DNA of 63,964 nt from Ignavibacteriales bacterium. GTDB taxonomy: Bacteria > Bacteroidota > Ignavibacteria > UBA10030 > UBA8401. The notes under the pieces were generated by a model. The model saw only the letters and a program-made list of their open reading frames with translations. It was not told the origin of the DNA and did not search any database. The DNA is taken from assembly GCA_016182545.1 (NCBI GenBank), contig JACPGG010000094.1, positions 1-63,964 of the forward strand. The letters are read 5' to 3'. The translations under genes and the position numbers were made by a program. Below, piece after piece: positions 10,122-19,598 of the stretch (the first letter of the stretch is position 1; every line of letters starts with the position of its first letter).

Positions 10122-11067
10122 TAGCCGACCTTCAGGTCGCGGGAATAAAATGAAAATCGCACCTCGAAACAGAACAATTCAATTGCCACGGGATGAACAA
10201 TCTGCGTACAAAAAGAAATTGTTAACACTGACAAATCATTGCACTCGGAAACAAATTTTGGATCGAACCATTCTCCAGGATGTGCACGCCGCCGTGCCGT
10301 TCCTTCCGTCACAATTTGTCGATCTGTTGTTTCTCGATCCGCCGTACAATCTTACGAAACAATTCCGGTCAACAACATTTGCGGCGAAATCGAACAGCGA
10401 ATATGCACAATGGATGGATTCGTGGCTTGCGCCGATGATTCGCCTGTTGAAGCCGACCGCATCCGTCTATATCTGCGGCGACTGGCGCTCGTCGTCTGCG
10501 ATTCAATCGGTAGCGGAAAAATATTTTATCGTGCGGAACCGGATTACTTGGGAGCGGGAGAAAGGGCGCGGCGCAAAAGCGAACTGGAAGAACGCATCTG
10601 AAGATATCTGGTTTTGTACAATGTCGGAGAAGTTTACATTCAATCTCGATGCTGTGAAATTGAAGCGGAAGGTGATCGCGCCATATAAAATAAACGGAAA
10701 ACCGAAAGATTGGGATGCTTCAGCAGGTGGAAATTTCCGTTCAACCCATCCTTCCAATTTATGGACAGACCTTACGGTTCCATTCTGGTCGATGCCGGAA
10801 AACACCGAGCATCCCACACAGAAGCCGGAGAAACTGCTGGCAAAGATCATCCTGGCAAGTTCAAACAAAGGAGATGTGGTCTTCGATCCGTTCCTCGGTT
10901 CGGGAACCACTTCTGTTGTTGCAAAAAAGTTGCAGAGGAAGTATGTTGGGATTGAATTTGACGAAACTTTTGCGTCTCTTGCAGAGAAACGTATTGCATT
11001 AGCAGAGAAAGAGAAGACAATTCAAGGTTTCAGGGACGGGGTTTTTTGGGAACGGAATTCTTTATAA
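10114..11067 (+). CDS. Beta-class DNA methyltransferase (DPPY motif, probably N6-adenine), no partner endonuclease seen
   Basis: Motif IV (FLDPPYN) precedes motif I ([11 protein letters not shown]), the beta-class order. The ORF opens with GTG at 10114, overlapping the xerD stop. An in-frame ATG at 10150 is an alternative start. Confidence 0.85.
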   Translation: MHDSRPSGRGNKMKIAPRNRTIQLPRDEQSAYKKKLLTLTNHCTRKQILDRTILQDVHAAVPFLPSQFVDLLFLDPPYNLTKQFRSTTFAAKSNSEYAQWMDSWLAPMIRLLKPTASVYICGDWRSSSAIQSVAEKYFIVRNRITWEREKGRGAKANWKNASEDIWFCTMSEKFTFNLDAVKLKRKVIAPYKINGKPKDWDASAGGNFRSTHPSNLWTDLTVPFWSMPENTEHPTQKPEKLLAKIILASSNKGDVVFDPFLGSGTTSVVAKKLQRKYVGIEFDETFASLAEKRIALAEKEKTIQGFRDGVFWERNSL

Positions 11068-11083
11068 TTTGTGGAGATTAAAA

Positions 11084-11132
11084 TTCCCCCTTGTGTGAAC
11101 GGTTGTGCGGTGGAGAAGGGGGGTAGGGGGGA
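11084..11132. repeat. G/C-run palindromic element, intergenic copy
   Basis: ttccccctt...aaggggggtaggggggatg. The G-run tail resembles aagggggagggtagggtggggg at 61141-61164. Confidence 0.55.
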
Positions 11133-11189
11133 TGTTGAAAAACTCACATCATGTGTCGCAAGTATTCATTATTAATTATCCATTGCTTT

Positions 11190-12224
11190 ATGCGTAAAAT
11201 CCTCGCCCTCGCTGAAGGACGATTCAGCCCGCTCAAATCGAAAACCGCAAACGGTGCCATTGTCTATCTGCCGGATCAAGTCGTTGCTGTCATCGACTCC
11301 GCAAAAGTCGGGAAGACGGCGCAGGACATACTTGGCTACGGCGGAAATATTCCCGTGGTCGCTTCCGTTGAAGAGGGATTGAAGTATCACCCGACCGATC
11401 TTCTCATCGGCATTGCGCCGACCGGAGGACGTCTGCCCGATGCCTGGCGCGAATGGATCAAGACCGCGATGCGGAATAAGATGAATGTCCTCAGCGGACT
11501 GCACACCATCCTTTCCGATGACGAAGAGTTTGTGCGGATCGCGAAAGAGAATGGCGTAACGATTACCGACTGGAGAAAAATTCCGACCGAATACGAAGTA
11601 GTCTCAAAAGGAAATTACCGCACGCGCACAGCGAAGACGATCCTGACCGTCGGCGTCGATTGCAACATCGGCAAGATGACGACGATGCTGCAGGTGCAGA
11701 ACGAATTCCTGAAGCGCGGATTGAAGAGCGATTTCATCGGCACGGGACAGACCGGCATTATGATCTCGGGGAAAGGGATCGCCGTCGATGCGATCATCAG
11801 CGATTACATTGCCGGCTCGATCGAGAAATGCATCGATGCATCGAATGCCGAAGGGTATCAATATATATTTGTCGAAGGACAGGGGGCGCTCACGCACCAG
11901 GGATACAGCGGCGTGACGCTCGGGCTGATGCACGGCACGATGCCCGATGCGATGATCATGTGCGTGCAGCCGACCCGCACGCATGACGATTACGGTCTGC
12001 CGATCCCCGACCTTAACCGGTTGATAACACTGCACGAGGAGACGATCAATATTTTCCGTCCGACCAAAGTGGTCGGCATCGGCATTAATTCAATCGGATT
12101 GACCGACGAGCAGAGCAAAGACGAAGCAAAGAAACTGGAAGACAAGACCGGATTGCCGGCAATCGATACATTCCGGTTCAGTGGGAAAAAACTGGCAGAT
12201 GCGTTGATTCAATATTTTGGGTGA
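11190..12224 (+). CDS. DUF1611-family protein (DgcN-like putative N-acetyltransferase)
   Basis: MRKILALAEGRFSPLKSKTANG... followed by a GVDCNIGKMTT P-loop-like block typical of DUF1611. I chose the start at the ATG at 11190 rather than the ORF start at 11151. Confidence 0.65.
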   Translation: MRKILALAEGRFSPLKSKTANGAIVYLPDQVVAVIDSAKVGKTAQDILGYGGNIPVVASVEEGLKYHPTDLLIGIAPTGGRLPDAWREWIKTAMRNKMNVLSGLHTILSDDEEFVRIAKENGVTITDWRKIPTEYEVVSKGNYRTRTAKTILTVGVDCNIGKMTTMLQVQNEFLKRGLKSDFIGTGQTGIMISGKGIAVDAIISDYIAGSIEKCIDASNAEGYQYIFVEGQGALTHQGYSGVTLGLMHGTMPDAMIMCVQPTRTHDDYGLPIPDLNRLITLHEETINIFRPTKVVGIGINSIGLTDEQSKDEAKKLEDKTGLPAIDTFRFSGKKLADALIQYFG

Positions 12225-13278
12225 CTTGAAACCTGCACTACTTATACTGATTCTCGGAGTATTCTTTTTTTCTTCCTGCACCAAGAAGAAACCGGACGAC
12301 TCCGTCATTGAACAGAAAACATCTACCTATCAACCCACGTCGGTCATTCCACTCGATACGTCCGGAGCGTATATCTCGCCGACAGATCTGTTTCGAGATA
12401 ACTCGCAATTCGACCGGTCATCGTTTTTTTCAAAACAGATAAAATATTTCGGCAATCGAACCGTGAGTTACTCCATAACATCACGCTCATTAAAGAACCA
12501 GCGGGACACGATTACGCTTGTGCTGGAATATCTCGGCGGCAAGATTGAATATGCCGGCAGCGGAGAGGGAAAGGTCGTCGATGATGCGCGGACAATGACG
12601 CGGCTCCTTTTTTATTTGAACAATACTCTCTCGTTCCGCAAAGCGTTTCCCGTTGAAGTATACGACGGCGCGTACTTCCCCGTGGTCCGTTCATTTGATA
12701 AGACATTCTTCGATGCCAGTCCGACAAAAACGATCGTCTATTTCTGGACGGATGAGACCGGCTACGGAAATAATTATGAAAAAGAGAGCCGCCGCGAATA
12801 CCAGGCGGTCGGCGTCGATAAAGACGGTATCATCTATGATCTGGTAGGCTATTTCCATCATGTCAGCGACAATCTGGACGCGGTCCGTTTCCTGCGTGAA
12901 GACCGTGTCAGCGCGAGTGTTGTACCCGATCAGCGGTACCGGAATGTCGCGTTGGATGTGATCATCACGGTCGATTGGAAAACAAGTACGACATCCCTGG
13001 AAGTACCGCGTGACACGATTTTTCCCGTTACAAACACTCCTGACCGATTTTTCGGCAGTAAAACCACCATGTTTAATCAGCCCACCGGAATGTCTGTTTT
13101 CAAGGAACTCTCTCTACGCCGCGCGACTCGGGCGCAAATGGTACGGATGTTTGCGCCGTCTCTGTTGAGCAGTGAGAATATCGTGCGCGACCGCCTCTTT
13201 ATTCATTTTAACAACACTAATAAAGGGTGGATCGACAACAAAACAATGATCAGTGAAGAGATCGTTGCCGAACGGTAG
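12217..13278 (+). CDS. Hypothetical lipoprotein
   Basis: It has a lipobox signal (KPALLILILGVFFFSSC). The TTG start overlaps the stop of the upstream gene. I recognised no other motif. Confidence 0.6.
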   Translation: MGDLKPALLILILGVFFFSSCTKKKPDDSVIEQKTSTYQPTSVIPLDTSGAYISPTDLFRDNSQFDRSSFFSKQIKYFGNRTVSYSITSRSLKNQRDTITLVLEYLGGKIEYAGSGEGKVVDDARTMTRLLFYLNNTLSFRKAFPVEVYDGAYFPVVRSFDKTFFDASPTKTIVYFWTDETGYGNNYEKESRREYQAVGVDKDGIIYDLVGYFHHVSDNLDAVRFLREDRVSASVVPDQRYRNVALDVIITVDWKTSTTSLEVPRDTIFPVTNTPDRFFGSKTTMFNQPTGMSVFKELSLRRATRAQMVRMFAPSLLSSENIVRDRLFIHFNNTNKGWIDNKTMISEEIVAER

Positions 13279-13471
13279 TTCAATTTTTTTATACAATCTT
13301 CCTGCACAATCTTTAGAGCGTGTGTGACATTAGATACTTGAAGGTGTTCGAGATGTTCACCTGAAACATTGACATTTTTTCTCTTGAGGCACACGATTAT
13401 CACACGTGCTCTTTACACTGTGCGGGAATTTTTTTATCATTAAGGTAGGTTACATATCGGAACAATTCTTT

Positions 13472-13505
13472 GAACCCCGAGCGTTGACTCGGGTTCTTTA
13501 TTATT
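13472..13505 (+). terminator. Hairpin plus T-rich tract
   Basis: gaaccccgag-cgttga-ctcgggttc (one bulge) is followed by tttattatt. It lies about 195 nt after the stop at 13278. Confidence 0.5.
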
Positions 13506-13525
13506 AAATGATTTTATTACGCCAT

Positions 13526-13558
13526 GTCATGCCCGAATACTTTTGTCGGGCACCAATG
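13526..13558. repeat. GTCATGC-hairpin element, weak member of the GTCATKC..GAGC family
   Basis: gtcatgcccga-atacttttg-tcgggcaccaatg. The inner stem tgcccga/tcgggca is perfect. Confidence 0.4.
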
Positions 13559-13621
13559 AATGGATTCACGCTTGAAACCTGCGGGAATGACAAGTATATA
13601 AGAGTATAACTCCGTAAAAAA

Positions 13622-15004
13622 ATGATCGTCATGAAATTCGGCGGCACTTCGGTTGAAGATGCCAGCGCCATCAGGAATCTTACTGAGATTGTAAAAAAAC
13701 AGGTCACGCGGAAACCGGTTATCGTCGTTTCCGCCTGCGCGGGAATTACGAATCAATTGCTGCAGACTGCAACGCTGGCATCGCACGGGAAAAAAGAAGA
13801 AGCGCTCAATAACGTCGTGGCGATCGAGTCCCGACACAAGAAGATCGTGAAAGATCTCGTCGACGGCGACACGCAAAAATTTTTGAATCGCCATTTTGCA
13901 CAGATCGCGGAAGAACTGACGGCACTCGTGAACGGCGTCGCAGTCCTTGGAGAATTGACCCCGCGCTCACTCGATACGTTCGCGGCGTACGGCGAATTGA
14001 TGTCGTCGTTCATCATCCATCATTATCTCGAATCGCAAAAGATAAAATCGTTCTGGGTTGACGCACGTTCCTTCATGAAGACGGATGAACACTTCACAAA
14101 GGCGGCTGTGCAGTTCGATTCGACCGAACAGAAATTGAAAGAGATCGTCCTGCCCAAAGTGAACAACGGCTACGTGGTGATGACGCAGGGATTCATCGGT
14201 TCTTCGTCGCACGGAATTACCACAACGATCGGCCGGGGCGGATCGGACTACTCTGCTGCGATCATCGGCGCGCTGCTCGATGCGGACGATATTCAGATCT
14301 GGACAGATGTCGACGGTATTCTGACCTCTGATCCATCGGTCGTGAAAGATGCGAAGAAGATCAAGGTGATGTCGTTCAACGAAGCGGCGGAACTGGCGTA
14401 CTTCGGGGCGCGCGTGCTTCATCCCGAAACGATCCTTCCCGCCGTACGGAAAAATATCCCTGTCCATGTGTTGAATTCGAAGAACCCGACTTCGACAGGG
14501 ACCATGATCGTTGCCAAGCCGAAGATCGACAAGCGCTGCGTCGTGAAATCGATCGCGTACAAGGAAGGGATCACCCTCATCGGCATTGTCTCAACGCGGA
14601 TGTTCCTTGCGCACGGATTTCTCGAGAATGTGTTCGACGTCTTCCATAAGTACGAAACAGTTGTGCACACGGTGGCGACATCCGAAGTGAGCGTCACCGT
14701 CACGGTGGACAATGTGAAGAATCTTTCGAACATCGTGCGTGAATTGAAGCATTTCTCCACCGTCACCGTTACCGACAAAAAAGCAATCGTCTGCATCGTC
14801 GGCGATAACTTGCGCAACAGTCCGGGACTTGCGGTGAAGATGCTCAGCCCGATCACCGATGTGAACATCAACATGATCTCACAGGGAGCATCGGAGATCA
14901 ATTTCAGTTTCGTCATCGATGAAGAGCATGTGGACGATGTGGTGATGAGATTACATAAGCAATTGTTCGCGAATGCGGGGGAGTTTCAGGAGATATTTGA
15001 ATAG
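13622..15004 (+). CDS. lysC: Aspartate kinase
   Basis: It has MKFGGTSV, GRGGSDYSAA, and C-terminal ACT repeats. Confidence 0.93.
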   Translation: MIVMKFGGTSVEDASAIRNLTEIVKKQVTRKPVIVVSACAGITNQLLQTATLASHGKKEEALNNVVAIESRHKKIVKDLVDGDTQKFLNRHFAQIAEELTALVNGVAVLGELTPRSLDTFAAYGELMSSFIIHHYLESQKIKSFWVDARSFMKTDEHFTKAAVQFDSTEQKLKEIVLPKVNNGYVVMTQGFIGSSSHGITTTIGRGGSDYSAAIIGALLDADDIQIWTDVDGILTSDPSVVKDAKKIKVMSFNEAAELAYFGARVLHPETILPAVRKNIPVHVLNSKNPTSTGTMIVAKPKIDKRCVVKSIAYKEGITLIGIVSTRMFLAHGFLENVFDVFHKYETVVHTVATSEVSVTVTVDNVKNLSNIVRELKHFSTVTVTDKKAIVCIVGDNLRNSPGLAVKMLSPITDVNINMISQGASEINFSFVIDEEHVDDVVMRLHKQLFANAGEFQEIFE

Positions 15005-15007
15005 ATC

Positions 15008-15083
15008 GGTTTCAGGATTCTTGTTTCAGGTTTCAGAAACAATGACATTTCATTGAACACATGAATCCTGAAACTTGAAACCT
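15008..15083. repeat. Intergenic palindromic TTTCAGG/CCTGAAAC element, copy A (between lysC and lysA)
   Basis: gtttcaggattc (15009-15020) pairs perfectly with gaatcctgaaac (15063-15074). It shares gtttcagaaaca and cttgaaacc with the copy at 48521-48599. Confidence 0.8.
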
Positions 15084-15100
15084 ATAAGCAAGACAAAACT

Positions 15101-16369
15101 ATGACTCACTTCCACTACAAAGAGAACATCCTTCACTGCGAAGATTCGCCGGTACAAGAAATAGCCGAAGAATTCGGCACACCGCTTTATCTGTACAGCA
15201 AGCAGCAATTATTGGACAATTTCCGGTCGATCGACGGCGCGTTTGCCGGGATCGATCATGTTACCTGCTACGCGTTGAAAGCGAACAGCAACCACTCGCT
15301 GTTGAAATTACTGGCGGAAGAAGGCGCCGGTGCCGATGCGGTCTCTTCCGGTGAAATCCATCTTGCGCTCAAAGCAGGATTCGATCCAACGAAGATCACA
15401 TTCGCCGGCGTCGGCAAACGTGACGACGAGATCGAATACGCGCTGAAGAAGAATATCTTTTCATTCAATGTGGAATCGCAGCAGGAACTCGATGTACTGA
15501 ATGCAATTGCGGGGCGGCTCGGCACGAAAGCACGCATTGCTCTTCGCATCAATCCGGATATCGATGCGTCGACACATCCGTACATTTCAACCGGACTGAA
15601 GACGAATAAATTCGGTATCGATATCTCGTACGCCATGATCGCGTTCAAGTATGCTTCATCGCTGCCTAATCTTCAGGTGGACGGCATCCATACACACATC
15701 GGTTCGCAGATCCTGAAACTTGAGCCGTTCATGCAAACGGCGCAGACCGTTGTGAATCTTGTAAAAGAATTGAAAAGTATCGGCATCGACATTCACCATA
15801 TCGATTTCGGCGGCGGATTCGGCGTCACCTACAAGAACGCGATCAAACATCCGCTGCTGCCGGTAGAAGAGACCAACGGTGCGGAAGAAGCGCCGGCGAA
15901 CGATATTTTTATTTCATCCGTGCTGCCGATCCTGAAAACAGCGGGATGCAAACTTGTCATCGAACCGGGGCGGTCGATCATTGCCAACACCGGAATCCTC
16001 GTGACGAAAGTTCTGTATATGAAAGACAACGGCGTAAAAAAATTCGTCATTGTTGATGCGGGGATGAACGACCTTCTCCGCCCCAGTTTGTACAACGCAT
16101 ACCACCAGATCGTGCCGTTGACAGTGCAGCAGCGTGAGTCCGATACGGTTGATGTTGTCGGTCCTGTCTGCGAAACGGGAGATTTCTTCGCACGTGACAG
16201 AGAATTACCGACAGTCGAACGGGGAGAATATCTTGCCGTTCTCACTGCCGGTGCATACGGTATTGTGAATGCGTCGCACTACAATGCGCGTTTGCGTCCT
16301 GCGGAAGTGCTGGTGAACGGAGTTAAGGTGAGGGTGATACGGGAGAGAGAAACATTCGACGATCTGTAA
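15101..16369 (+). CDS. lysA: Diaminopimelate decarboxylase
   Basis: It is a fold-III PLP decarboxylase (YALKAN, HIGSQ, GGGFGV, EPGR, CESGD-like CETGD). Confidence 0.92.
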   Translation: MTHFHYKENILHCEDSPVQEIAEEFGTPLYLYSKQQLLDNFRSIDGAFAGIDHVTCYALKANSNHSLLKLLAEEGAGADAVSSGEIHLALKAGFDPTKITFAGVGKRDDEIEYALKKNIFSFNVESQQELDVLNAIAGRLGTKARIALRINPDIDASTHPYISTGLKTNKFGIDISYAMIAFKYASSLPNLQVDGIHTHIGSQILKLEPFMQTAQTVVNLVKELKSIGIDIHHIDFGGGFGVTYKNAIKHPLLPVEETNGAEEAPANDIFISSVLPILKTAGCKLVIEPGRSIIANTGILVTKVLYMKDNGVKKFVIVDAGMNDLLRPSLYNAYHQIVPLTVQQRESDTVDVVGPVCETGDFFARDRELPTVERGEYLAVLTAGAYGIVNASHYNARLRPAEVLVNGVKVRVIRERETFDDL

Positions 16370-16406
16370 TGTATGACAAATTTCAAATTGAACTGCTTAT
16401 AAAATA

Positions 16407-16456
16407 GTCATGCTGAGCAAGTCCCGATGATTTCCATCGGGACGCGTCGAAGCATG
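16407..16456. repeat. REP-like element GTCATGCTGAGC-hairpin-GTCGAAGCATG
   Basis: gtcatgctgagcaa gtcccgatg-atttc-catcgggac gcgtcgaagcatg. The inner 9-bp stem is perfect and the outer arms catgct/agcatg pair. Confidence 0.7.
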
Positions 16457-16498
16457 TTCCGGGGGAAAGATATTTTTCATGAATGAGGAAGTGAAAAT

Positions 16499-17500
16499 AT
16501 GAAAGTCTATGATGTCATCATTGCCGGAGCGACCGGTATGGTCGGAAGAAAGATGATCCAGGTGCTGGAAGAGCGGAAATTCCCTGTAGGAAAATTGCTT
16601 CCGATGGCTTCCGCACACTCGGTCGGAAAGAAAGTTATCTTTAACGGGAAAGAGTGGACCGTTCAGGAATTGAATGAAGAGAATATCAAGCAAAGCCATG
16701 CAGCGATCGCATTGTTCTCAGCAGGCGGCTCGGTCAGCAAAGAATTTGCGCCGGTTTGCACGAAGTACGGCATCACCGTGATCGACAACAGCAGTGCATG
16801 GCGGATGGATGCCAACGTTCCGCTGGTGGTGCCTGAAGTGAACAGGAAAAAAATTTTTTCCGGCAGCAAGATCATCGCTAACCCGAACTGTTCCACCATT
16901 CAAATGGTCGTGGTGCTGAAACCGCTGCACGATCATTACAAGATCAAACGTGTTGTCGTATCGACATATCAATCCGTAACCGGTGCGGGACAAAAAGGGC
17001 ACGATCAATTGATGAAAGAGTGGAACAGGGAGAAGGTTGAGAATCCGAAATTTCCGTATCAAATATCGTTCAACGCCATTCCACACATTGATGAGTTCCT
17101 TGAAACCGGTTATACCAAAGAAGAGATGAAAATGGTGAATGAGACGAGAAAGATCATGGGGGACAATTCCATCGAGGTTTCACCGACCTGCGTCCGCATC
17201 CCGACCGTCGGCGGACATAGCGAATCGGTGAATATCGAATTCGAAAAACAATTCGATCTGAAAGATGTGCGCGAGATACTTTCCAAAGCGCCCGGCGTCG
17301 TCGTTCAGGACAAACCGACGGAAAAATTATATCCGATGCCGGTGTGGGCGCACGACAAAGACGAAACATTTGTCGGACGCATCCGCCGTGATGAATCGGT
17401 GAAAAATGGATTGAACCTGTGGATCGTCTCGGACAACATCCGTAAAGGTGCAGCAACGAACGCCGTGCAAATTGCGGAAGAATGGATCAAAGGGGCGTGA
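16499..17500 (+). CDS. asd: Aspartate-semialdehyde dehydrogenase
   Basis: It has the GATGMVG NAD motif and the IANPNCSTI active-site Cys block. Confidence 0.93.
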   Translation: MKVYDVIIAGATGMVGRKMIQVLEERKFPVGKLLPMASAHSVGKKVIFNGKEWTVQELNEENIKQSHAAIALFSAGGSVSKEFAPVCTKYGITVIDNSSAWRMDANVPLVVPEVNRKKIFSGSKIIANPNCSTIQMVVVLKPLHDHYKIKRVVVSTYQSVTGAGQKGHDQLMKEWNREKVENPKFPYQISFNAIPHIDEFLETGYTKEEMKMVNETRKIMGDNSIEVSPTCVRIPTVGGHSESVNIEFEKQFDLKDVREILSKAPGVVVQDKPTEKLYPMPVWAHDKDETFVGRIRRDESVKNGLNLWIVSDNIRKGAATNAVQIAEEWIKGA

Positions 17501-17510
17501 TATTTTACAC

Positions 17511-17539
17511 CGAACCGTTCGCACAGAGCGAATGGCTCG
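17511..17539. repeat. Hairpin CGAACCGTTCGC-N5-GCGAATGGCTCG, copy 1 of 2
   Basis: The stem is 12 bp with one mismatch and one G-U. It lies immediately after the asd stop. A near-identical hairpin lies at 20699-20726. Confidence 0.6.
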
Positions 17540-17553
17540 ATAAATGAAGACGC

Positions 17554-17979
17554 ATGAGTGAATACTTTATCAGTACCGACAAATCCAAACTGAACGTCGA
17601 CGTCATCCATTCATTCTTAACCACTTCGTATTGGGCTCAGGGGATTCCGCGCGAGACCGTTGTGCGGTGCATTGAAAATTCCCTTTGCTTCGGAGCGTAC
17701 TTCAACGATGAACAGGTCGGTTTTGCCCGCGTGATTTCCGATTACACCACATTCGCCTATCTTGCCGATGTTTTTGTGATTGAAGCGCATCGGGGGAAAG
17801 AAGTGAGCAAAATGATCATGGGTGCGGTGATCAAACATCCGCAGTTGCAGGGATTGCGGAGAATCGTTCTGGCAACGAAAGATGCTCACGGACTGTATGC
17901 ACAATACGGATTCACTCCGCTGAAAGTCCCCGAACGGTGGATGGAAATTCATAATCCTAATGTGTATATGGAAGAATAA
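17554..17979 (+). CDS. GNAT-family N-acetyltransferase
   Basis: It is 141 aa with a VIEAHRGKEVSKMIM acetyl-CoA-binding-like block and a C-terminal YAQYGF. Confidence 0.75.
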   Translation: MSEYFISTDKSKLNVDVIHSFLTTSYWAQGIPRETVVRCIENSLCFGAYFNDEQVGFARVISDYTTFAYLADVFVIEAHRGKEVSKMIMGAVIKHPQLQGLRRIVLATKDAHGLYAQYGFTPLKVPERWMEIHNPNVYMEE

Positions 17980-17987
17980 ATTCCACG

Positions 17988-18064
17988 GTCATTGCGAGCC
18001 CCGACGCGCTGTGTCGGGGCGAAGAATCCAGTGCTTCCGGATGCTTCGCTGCGCTCAGTATGAC
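17988..18064. repeat. Composite REP-like element (two inverted GTCATxxxGAGC units)
   Basis: gtcattgcgagc cccgac-gcgctgt-gtcgggg cgaag ... gatgcttcgctgcgctcagtatgac. The last part is the reverse complement of GTCATACTGAGCGCAGCGAAGCATC. Confidence 0.7.
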
Positions 18065-18254
18065 CAACTTTTACTGAGTGTATTGAGAAACGGTTTTTGA
18101 GATACGTTCTAACAATATCAAGCCAATTCTCTCTCTCCTTTCATCTCAACTTCATTTTCTCTATCTTCATTCCGCCTATTATTGACATTTCGCGCAGTAT
18201 CCAGAACATTTAATTTCCGATATCCACATCACTATTCAAATCACGGGAATAAGT

Positions 18255-19565
18255 ATGGAACAGACACCCCCCGCACGCCCCACTCACAGCAAAGAATTCC
18301 GTCAGCGTCGCGCGCTCAATTGGCTCACGCTCGGTTTTACGTACGCTGCAATGTATATGGGACGTTACAATCTTTCATTTGCAAATAAAGCATTGTCGGA
18401 TAATTACGGCTGGGACAAAACGCAGATCGGCACGATCATCACCGCTGCATTGACGATCTATGGTGTCTCGGCACTTTTCAATGGACCGATTGCCGACAAG
18501 ATCGGCGGACGGAAAGCGATGATCGTCGGTGTGTTCGGTGCCGTGGTGTTCAATCTCGCATTCGGGTTCGGCGCCTACATCGGCGTGTTGGGAACGGGAC
18601 CGTTGCTGCTCAGTTATTTTGCAACGGTCTGGTCGTTGAACATGTACTTTCAATCATACAGCGCGTTGGCGTTGATCAAAGTAAATTCCGGCTGGTTCCA
18701 TGTCCGCGAGCGTGGAGTCTTTTCTGCAATTTTTGGCTCAATGATCCAGAGCGGACGCGCGTTGATTTTTGTCATCGGTGGAATTGCTGTGGTATTTCTT
18801 CCGTGGCAGTGGGTCTTTTTTATTCCCGCAGGAATAATGACCGTCATGGGAGTGCTGACAGTTCTCTTTGTCCGCGATCATCCGCACGAAGCGGGGCATG
18901 AAAATTTCGATACTGCCGATGCATCGAGCGGCGATACGGAAAAAGTGAATATGAAGTACCTGATGAAAAAAGTTTTCACAAATCCGGTCACGTTGACGAT
19001 TGCATTTGCAGAATTCTGTACAGGTTTCGTCCGTCACGGTTTTGAACAATGGTTCCCGCGCTACATGCAGGAGGCGCAGCATCTGGCGCTTGATTCCGAT
19101 GTCTTCCAACGAGGCGCACTCAGTGTTGTTGTTGCGGGAATTCTGGGGGCATTTGCCGCAGGAACTGTTTCGGACTGGGTGTTCAAATCGCGCCGCCCTC
19201 CCGTTGCATTTATCGGCTACATGTTGCAGATCATCTGCCTTGCAATTATCTGGATAGCCCCCGGTGTTGAATGGATCATCGGCGCGTTCGTTGTCAACTC
19301 GTTTGCCATCAGCATTGTGCATTCCATGCTGTCCGGCACTGCGTCGATGGATTTCGGCGGACAAAAAGCGGCTGCATCTGCGACGGGATTGTTCGACGGA
19401 ATGCAGTACATCGGCGGCGCTGCAGTCGGTATGGGAATGGGTTGGATGCTCGAAACATTCGGATGGGGAACATGGGGACCAAGCATGATCGGCTTTGCAG
19501 TGATCGGAGCGGTACTGATGTTAAAACTATGGAATACCGTTCCGAAGAATGTTCACATTCATTGA
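18255..19565 (+). CDS. MFS transporter, organophosphate:Pi antiporter (GlpT/UhpC)-like
   Basis: It has 12 predicted TM segments. The N-terminal block YMGRYNLSFANKAL...GPIADKIGGRKAM resembles the OPA family. Confidence 0.7.
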   Translation: MEQTPPARPTHSKEFRQRRALNWLTLGFTYAAMYMGRYNLSFANKALSDNYGWDKTQIGTIITAALTIYGVSALFNGPIADKIGGRKAMIVGVFGAVVFNLAFGFGAYIGVLGTGPLLLSYFATVWSLNMYFQSYSALALIKVNSGWFHVRERGVFSAIFGSMIQSGRALIFVIGGIAVVFLPWQWVFFIPAGIMTVMGVLTVLFVRDHPHEAGHENFDTADASSGDTEKVNMKYLMKKVFTNPVTLTIAFAEFCTGFVRHGFEQWFPRYMQEAQHLALDSDVFQRGALSVVVAGILGAFAAGTVSDWVFKSRRPPVAFIGYMLQIICLAIIWIAPGVEWIIGAFVVNSFAISIVHSMLSGTASMDFGGQKAAASATGLFDGMQYIGGAAVGMGMGWMLETFGWGTWGPSMIGFAVIGAVLMLKLWNTVPKNVHIH

Positions 19566-19598
19566 GGACTGGGTACACAGTTCGTCTGAAAGGCAACA

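Noticed and set aside
13380-13621. Possible lysine riboswitch (L-box) or other leader upstream of lysC
   Set aside because: I could not find the conserved L-box blocks (AGAGGNGC, GGTAG, CTGTCA and others). The structured part is better explained as a member of the GTCATGC-hairpin REP-like family plus a solo CTTGAAACCTGC motif. A covariance-model scan would be needed to be certain.
15008-15083. Short repeated tttcagg units as a possible mini-CRISPR array
   Set aside because: There are only two or three very short units. They are arranged as inverted rather than direct repeats, with no spacer periodicity and no cas genes in the window.
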